A stretch of DNA of 57,722 bases, filler included, from Jimgerdemannia flammicorona (Eukaryota), in assembly GCA_003990765.1 (NCBI GenBank). It is 3 parts of 3 records of this genome, joined end to end, with 100 filler letters (N's around TTAATTAATTAA, not from the genome) between each part and the next. Parts side by side here need not be neighbours in the genome. Positions count along the whole stretch, not along the records: positions 38,552 to 57,722 come from RBNJ01002007.1; 2 more parts are not named here. The stretch is one strand, 5' to 3'. Within the stretch, counting starts at the first letter, position 1. Each line of letters opens with the position of its first letter. Shown here piece after piece: positions 52,167 to 57,722 of the stretch. The notes under the pieces are model-generated. The model made no database searches and was not told where the DNA came from. It saw only the letters and a program-made list of their open reading frames with translations. A program made the position numbers and the translations under genes.

Positions 52167-53657
52167 CTAATTTACAGTAACAATAATGTTCACAGTCATG
52201 TGGATAAGCATGTCGAGTTTAGACTTCAAGCCCATGAGGCGAATAAGCTTATAGGTACACATCGGAATAACTATGCACATCGCCCCAGTCACGGCACCAA
52301 AAAACCACCACAAAATCACCCACGTTATCTCGAACCTGCCACCGGCCGGTTTGGGCGTCGCACCCATGATGAAGTAAAAAAACCTATGAATCCGTGCCAA
52401 AAACCCCATAGTCACAAGACCAAAATGCATCCACAAAACCGTCCACATTATCCCGGCATAAACGATAATGGAGTCGATCGAGATGCCTTCCTTCGTCATT
52501 GGTTGCTCGTGTGAACCCGCGATGGCCTTGTACCATGTGTCTTTGCTCGTTGTTATAGTTTGGATAGGTTGGCGCTCTTCTTCCTGTATCGTCTCGGTGT
52601 GTACTGTCGAAGTTAGAGCCATGGGGACGGGAGGGGTGCCAGGTTGGCAGTGCGTAGCTCCTACAGTTAGATGGGTTACTCCGAACACGGAGGTGCCACG
52701 CACGTGCTGGCTTTTGATCTCGACGGTCGGCAAAAGCTGCTTCGTTGGAATAGGCACGGGCGCAGCCCGCATATATTCCATTTCCCACTCCACTGTCCGC
52801 ACAGCCTCCATCATCGCCCGGTCCCCATCCTCTAATGTCAGGATCTCGACCCCACCGTCCCTCCGGTTCATGCAAATGCACGCCAGCACTGCCACAGCCT
52901 CAGGGTACTTGCGCGCGAAATGCTCCCGGTACCGCTTCGCCTGCTCCCGTACCTTTCTGCGCTTCTTGGACCTGTTCAGGCGCGCCGTCTGGCCTTTGGT
53001 GTCGAAGTCCAAGTACTTCACCTCCACAACCACAAACACCCCGGTCCGAGATGCGAGCACAAGATCCCCTCGGCCCATGTACATTTGTCCGGGGGTGACA
53101 TCCCACTCGACGCTGCGCAAAAAGGGGAACCCGGGTAGTAAAATTGGTTGATCCAGCATCAGACGCTGCATGACCACTGTCTCATTTAAGGAGGGTCCCT
53201 GGAGCGAAGCCAGCCGCTCCCGCTGCTTCCGGTCGCACTCAACAAGGTCCACATTCGAGTTGTCGAGCTTGGCAGACCAACGGTACGCGATTGTCAGTAT
53301 GGTGCGCGTGATCCGTCGGGCGTCCTCAGGATTCCAGCGGAACCGAAAGGTGGCCGGCCGAGACTCAACGATCAGAAGCTCGCAGCCAGCTTCGTGGCAG
53401 AAGCCGCGGATCGTCGCTCGAAAGACATCCGGCTCGTCACCGTACAAGTGGTCGGTCTCGGGCATCCCAAAATCCGAGGCAGGCGAGGAGAAGGTGAAGT
53501 AGTGGTCCGTGGTCGCGAGGCCAAGGCGACAGAGAGCGAGGATCAGTTCGCATTCGAAAGGGTGGGGCGGCAGGTCGGCGAGGTTGGGGTTTAACAGCTG
53601 AACGCAGATGGTGCATTTGCACGTCATGATGATCGTTGCATCGGAAAGGGATGTCAT
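52167..53657 (-). CDS. PD-(D/E)XK nuclease-fold protein with C-terminal hydrophobic helices (paralog 1, 496 aa)
   Basis: NETVVM...LLPGFPFL...EW...GRGDLV...VVEVKY...EQAKRY, followed by hydrophobic segments in the last ~110 aa. Confidence 0.85.
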   Translation of the reverse strand: MTSLSDATIIMTCKCTICVQLLNPNLADLPPHPFECELILALCRLGLATTDHYFTFSSPASDFGMPETDHLYGDEPDVFRATIRGFCHEAGCELLIVESRPATFRFRWNPEDARRITRTILTIAYRWSAKLDNSNVDLVECDRKQRERLASLQGPSLNETVVMQRLMLDQPILLPGFPFLRSVEWDVTPGQMYMGRGDLVLASRTGVFVVVEVKYLDFDTKGQTARLNRSKKRRKVREQAKRYREHFARKYPEAVAVLACICMNRRDGGVEILTLEDGDRAMMEAVRTVEWEMEYMRAAPVPIPTKQLLPTVEIKSQHVRGTSVFGVTHLTVGATHCQPGTPPVPMALTSTVHTETIQEEERQPIQTITTSKDTWYKAIAGSHEQPMTKEGISIDSIIVYAGIMWTVLWMHFGLVTMGFLARIHRFFYFIMGATPKPAGGRFEITWVILWWFFGAVTGAMCIVIPMCTYKLIRLMGLKSKLDMLIHMTVNIIVTVN

Positions 53658-54068
53658 TTTGGTGGTTCTGTTAGATGACGGGGTAGGGGATTATAAAGGA
53701 ACAGGCTCCGCACGGAGGATAGGGGCGACAATCGACGCGCGACGGGAGTCCATGGGATCCCCTTGGCAGCTGATTGGGGACAAACATAAATTATCATTGA
53801 GTGTGTACCACCAAATATTCTTTGATTTGCGCAGTAGCGTATATACTCAGAATAAAACAAAATCCCTTTCCAGCGGGTCACTCGCTCACGTTATAATTAC
53901 AAAACCCCCATTGCCGGTATTGTTTCTCCGACTGCTGTTGAAGGGGCGCAGGCTGAAGATTGTTTCATTTTTGATGATTTTGATTTTAATCAAAGAATCT
54001 CATTATTTTCACTGCAGTAAGTGTCGCATTTTGGTATGTAGCTTTCTACCAAACCTTTTGATACTCCC

Positions 54069-54962
54069 ATGAACCTTTTACGTGCTGTGTCAAAATACGT
54101 CGCCCACTATATCGCATCGACCGACCTCCACAAGCACTACATCTCATCGGCCGACATCCACAAGCACTACGTCGCATTGGCCGACCTCCACAAGCACTCC
54201 ATCGTGCCATCCTTATGTCGAGATCACCTCAAATCGTTACGCGACGGTATCCCCAGGTTTTCCTTTCTCAGCCTTCATAATACATCGCACGTGAAAAACG
54301 ACGGATACGAAACTTCCTCAATGACGGTTCTGGAACAGTACTCCAAGGAGACCCTGTCAGCATACAAATCCAAAATACTGGTCGAGCACTGTTTCGAATG
54401 GTCAAAGGAATCCGCTCCAGAAGTCCTGCAAAAGGTCTTGCAACTCGCTCATAAACATACCACTTCGAAGCCAAACATCGTCAATACGTTCGAGCTTCGC
54501 GACAAGACCATGCGCAATCACCTCGTAAGTATGAAGTCCTCGGCGGGGACAGAGAAGAAGCTTGAAGCAGAACTCATGGAGCGTCTAGTCAAAGAGCAGC
54601 CGAAACTCCTCCCGGGGTTCCCTTACCTCCACGCCGTGGAATGGAAATCGAGCACCGGAATCGATGGCCAGGGCGACTTGGTGTTCGCTTCGGTGGGCGG
54701 GATCTTTGCCGTTGTGGAGACGAAGTATATAACTAACAAGCGGTCGAATAAAGAAAAAGTGGTACTTGAACAAGCAAAGAAGTACCGCGATATTTTCGAG
54801 AAGGACAATCCCGAGGCGCTGCTAGTGGTTGCGTGCGCGTGCGTGAACGGGGAGGATGGTAACCTCACAATTACGCCGATTGACGATAACAACGATATGA
54901 TCTTGAAGGCTGTGGGAACGGTGCGGGGCGCTGCCAAATCGAATAATAAAAAGGGAAAGTAA
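54069..54962 (+). CDS. PD-(D/E)XK nuclease-fold protein (paralog 2, 297 aa)
   Basis: LEAELM...LLPGFPYL...EW...GQGDLV...VVETKY...EQAKKY. Confidence 0.85.
   Translation: MNLLRAVSKYVAHYIASTDLHKHYISSADIHKHYVALADLHKHSIVPSLCRDHLKSLRDGIPRFSFLSLHNTSHVKNDGYETSSMTVLEQYSKETLSAYKSKILVEHCFEWSKESAPEVLQKVLQLAHKHTTSKPNIVNTFELRDKTMRNHLVSMKSSAGTEKKLEAELMERLVKEQPKLLPGFPYLHAVEWKSSTGIDGQGDLVFASVGGIFAVVETKYITNKRSNKEKVVLEQAKKYRDIFEKDNPEALLVVACACVNGEDGNLTITPIDDNNDMILKAVGTVRGAAKSNNKKGK
54105..54200 (+). repeat. 30-bp coding tandem repeat x3 (HYxxxxDxHK)
   Basis: cactatatcgcatcgaccgacctccacaag followed by two variant copies. Confidence 0.9.
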
Positions 54963-55287
54963 TAGGTATCAACGATTGAGCATTGTTTTGTCATTGAGCC
55001 CATGTATCAAAACTTGATTGAGTTAGGGTAGTGTTGTGCAAAATAATCCTTTTGTGAACGTCTATATCATCTATCTCTCATATTACAATGATCCAATACA
55101 AACTTCCACTTTTCAGGCATCTTGGATCCATCTCGCACTAATGACCGAAACCGAACCTCCTGAAATTAGAACCCCATGCGAGAATAAAAGGACTATATCA
55201 ATCAATGCAAATTTTAAGACTTAAAGGACTATATCGTTCAATCGTAAATTTAAGATCTATGGTGGCAAGTCGTCTTTTCTCCTCTAG

Positions 55288-55300
55288 GATATATAAAGGG
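55288..55300 (+). promoter_or_regulatory. Putative TATA box of paralog 3
   Basis: GATATATAAAGGG ~80 nt upstream of ATG 55375. Confidence 0.4.
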
Positions 55301-55374
55301 GTTGCGTCGGCCTCACCGAGCTCAATAAATACCAGTAAGTATTATCCAAGCTTAACGACCCGCGCCTCTTCGTC

Positions 55375-56150
55375 ATGAATAACGTACGCCCTACTTTGAG
55401 TGCACTCGTGCTATCGCTTTGCCGCTCTCATTTGAAAAGCATGCGCATGGTCTTGCGACGTTTTCCGATTTCTCGCCGTCGATGATTAAACAACAGCATC
55501 TCGCGACCTACCCGTGGTACGCCAACGAAACTTTAACAAAATACGAGCGCGAGGAGATCGAAACCGCCATTCAGCATCGATTCGAATGGCCTAAAGAGTC
55601 ATTTCCAATCGTCCTCCCTCGCATTTTACAGTTAGCTAATAACTTCCACGCCACGATACTCACAACCGCGACTCACCTCGCACTCCGCGATCTGGAACAA
55701 CGCCGTCGGTTGGCCAGCCTGCCCTTGTCGCGAGGAATGGAACCTGAGGCCGAGCTTATGCGCCGGCTGGTCCGCGAGTAACCAGACCTCCTCCCTGGAT
55801 TCTCCTATCTCCATTCCGTTGAGTGGAAAGTCGCCACCGAAAATGGTCAGGGTGATCTGGTGTTCGCGTCGCCCGGTGTGATCTTTGTGGTAGTTGAGAC
55901 GAAGTATTTAAACGGAAAGGGGGATGCTAAGAAATGGACAGTTGTGTTCCGCCAGACAAAGAGGTACAAGGAATCATTTGAACAGGAAAACCCGGGGGCT
56001 GTGGCGGTGGTCGGGTGTGCGTGTGTGAATGCCACGGATGGCCGTCCAGAGATCCATCCGGCCGAGAACATGGATGGTGCGATCTTGAAGGGTGTGGGAA
56101 TGATAGGATTGAAATCCAACTGGTATTCCTGGTTTTTTACTGGAAAGTAA
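55375..56150 (+). pseudogene. PD-(D/E)XK nuclease-fold paralog 3, frameshift plus premature stop
   Basis: SLCRSHLKS matches paralog 2 SLCRDHLKS, then a 1-nt frameshift occurs near 55447. TAA at 55779-55781 sits where the paralogs have Gln. Downstream LLPGFSYL...GQGDLV...VVETKY...RQTKRY is intact. Confidence 0.85.
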
Positions 56151-56713
56151 AAACAAATAACGTGAAGTTGGACATGGTGTGTGCACACAGTGTATGGTTG
56201 TATTGATAGAGTCGAAATGATAACGGTTATATATATATATAAACGACATCGTCTCAATATTTAGCTCCCATTGTATATGGTGATTTCCATGAGACGATCC
56301 CGCTCACTTTAATATATATATATATAAATGGCCAGTTTGAGTTTACCGAGTATGGGCATATAATTTGTGGAAAGCATCAATAAGTAATTACGATCCTTAC
56401 CTGATTTGCTAGGCAAAGGCAAGAATGACTCACGAGTCGCATACCGTATATACTCAGTTCACCGAGCAGCCAAAGTCGCATGGGCCGACGATCGCGCATG
56501 CGCACTATTATTTGTCAGTTTCTCCTAGGGAAGGGTTGATATCAAGGTCCAATATCAAGGTTCGAATATGATGCCTCTCCCCTGCCATCCTTGTACCTTT
56601 TTTTTTTCTTTTTTTTTTGGTTTGTGAGACGTGACTGCCTAAACCCACAATAAATGCTCGAGACGCGTCTCGCCAGTTGTTTCCCACGCTTCGTACTCGG
56701 ATACTGCAGAACC

Positions 56714-57722
56714 ATGAACCACAACGACCACATCGATATCACAATCATTGGCGGCGGTCTCGCCGGCTTGAACTGCGCCTATGCGTTGCATAAGCGTTTA
56801 CCGAACAAAAATATCACTGTGCTGGAGAGGGGCGACCGCGTTATGGGGCTTACAAGTTCTGCAAGCACGGGTAGGTAGGGTTTTTGAAGGGATCGCAAAT
56901 TTAAATATGGGAGGGAGTGGAGAATGGGGTGGAAACTTTTGCACAGATTTTTTTTTTGTCTGAAGCCGTCGGTGAACACTTCAGGGTCGAACTCACTCCG
57001 GGAAAAAGAACCATATCTTACTTTCTTCTCATTCTCGCTCTTTACGAATAGGTGGCTTCCGTAACTTCTTCCCCAATTCCCGCGCCATGACCAACCTCTC
57101 CAACCGCTCCATCGACCTCCTCCTCGAGTACGCTCGTGCTTCCGCCGGCACAGGCAATGAGTTCATGATGAACCGTTGTGGATACGTCTTCCTCTCCGCG
57201 CAGCCTGAACAGATGGAGCGCTATAAGAAACAAGCCCAGGCGGCGCACGAGTTCGGTTCTGGTACATGATGCCTTCCTTTCCCGTATGGTCAAAAGTGAC
57301 AAGATCCCTGACGCTAGTCCCTTCAATTCTTCGTTGGCACTCAGGCGCGATCCGATACAACGGCCACCCGTACAACCCCGAAAAACCGGCTGCGGTTTTC
57401 AGCTCCGTTGGCTTTGACTTCGAGCTCTACAAGACGCACAAGGACGGCTTGGACTTGATCGATGATCCCGCGGTCATCCGGAAGCTGGTGCCCGACTCCG
57501 TCACCAAGGACGTGCGCGTCATGTTCCACGTTAGGAAAGCGGGATACCTTGACGTGGAGGGATTAGGTACGTGCCATCGAGAGGAACTAATGAGGTGAAG
57601 ATGTGTATGGTGGGAGTCGATAAATATGTGTGCGTACGGCTCGAGAGCCGATGTTTCATTGAAAGGTGGGTGCCAGAACTCTGTTTTACAACCTCGCTAC
57701 CCCCCCCCCCCCCCCCCCCCCC
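56714..57722 (+). CDS. FAD-dependent oxidoreductase (DAO / sarcosine-oxidase-like), multi-exon, runs off the window
   Basis: DITIIGGGLAGLNCAYAL (GxGxxG), ITVLERG, TSSASTG|GFRNFF and CGYVFL; GT-AG introns. Confidence 0.88.

Noticed and set aside
52384..53622. Overlapping antisense and alternative-frame ORFs over nuclease paralog 1 as a possible antitoxin
   Set aside because: These are expected shadows of a GC-rich coding sequence, with no independent coding signal.

Overview
Eukaryotic, most likely fungal, genomic DNA. The short GT-AG introns, the gene content and the TE style suggest an early-diverging Mucoromycota-type fungus (inference only). The window has three contigs joined by two artificial 100-nt N-linkers (19179-19278, 38452-38551). 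The left part holds an AT-rich, CpG-depleted transposon graveyard (~3250-14740). It contains a full-length but mutation-riddled Ty3/Gypsy LTR retrotransposon (5292-12044, minus strand; 496-bp LTRs; 4-bp TSD; gag-PR-dUTPase-RT-RH-IN plus an extra 3' ORF) and a 5'-truncated LINE with polyA and a 17-bp TSD. The rest is gene space: an F-box/LRR-like protein, a SAM methyltransferase, two alpha/beta hydrolases (one broken), a Ser/Thr kinase, a small OB-fold protein, a Nop12-like RRM fragment, hypothetical proteins and a partial FAD oxidoreductase. The most notable item is a cluster of three intronless, paralogous PD-(D/E)XK (restriction-endonuclease-fold) nuclease genes at 52167-56150: one with a membrane anchor, one soluble, one pseudogenised. 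All calls come from motif recognition by eye; no searches were run.
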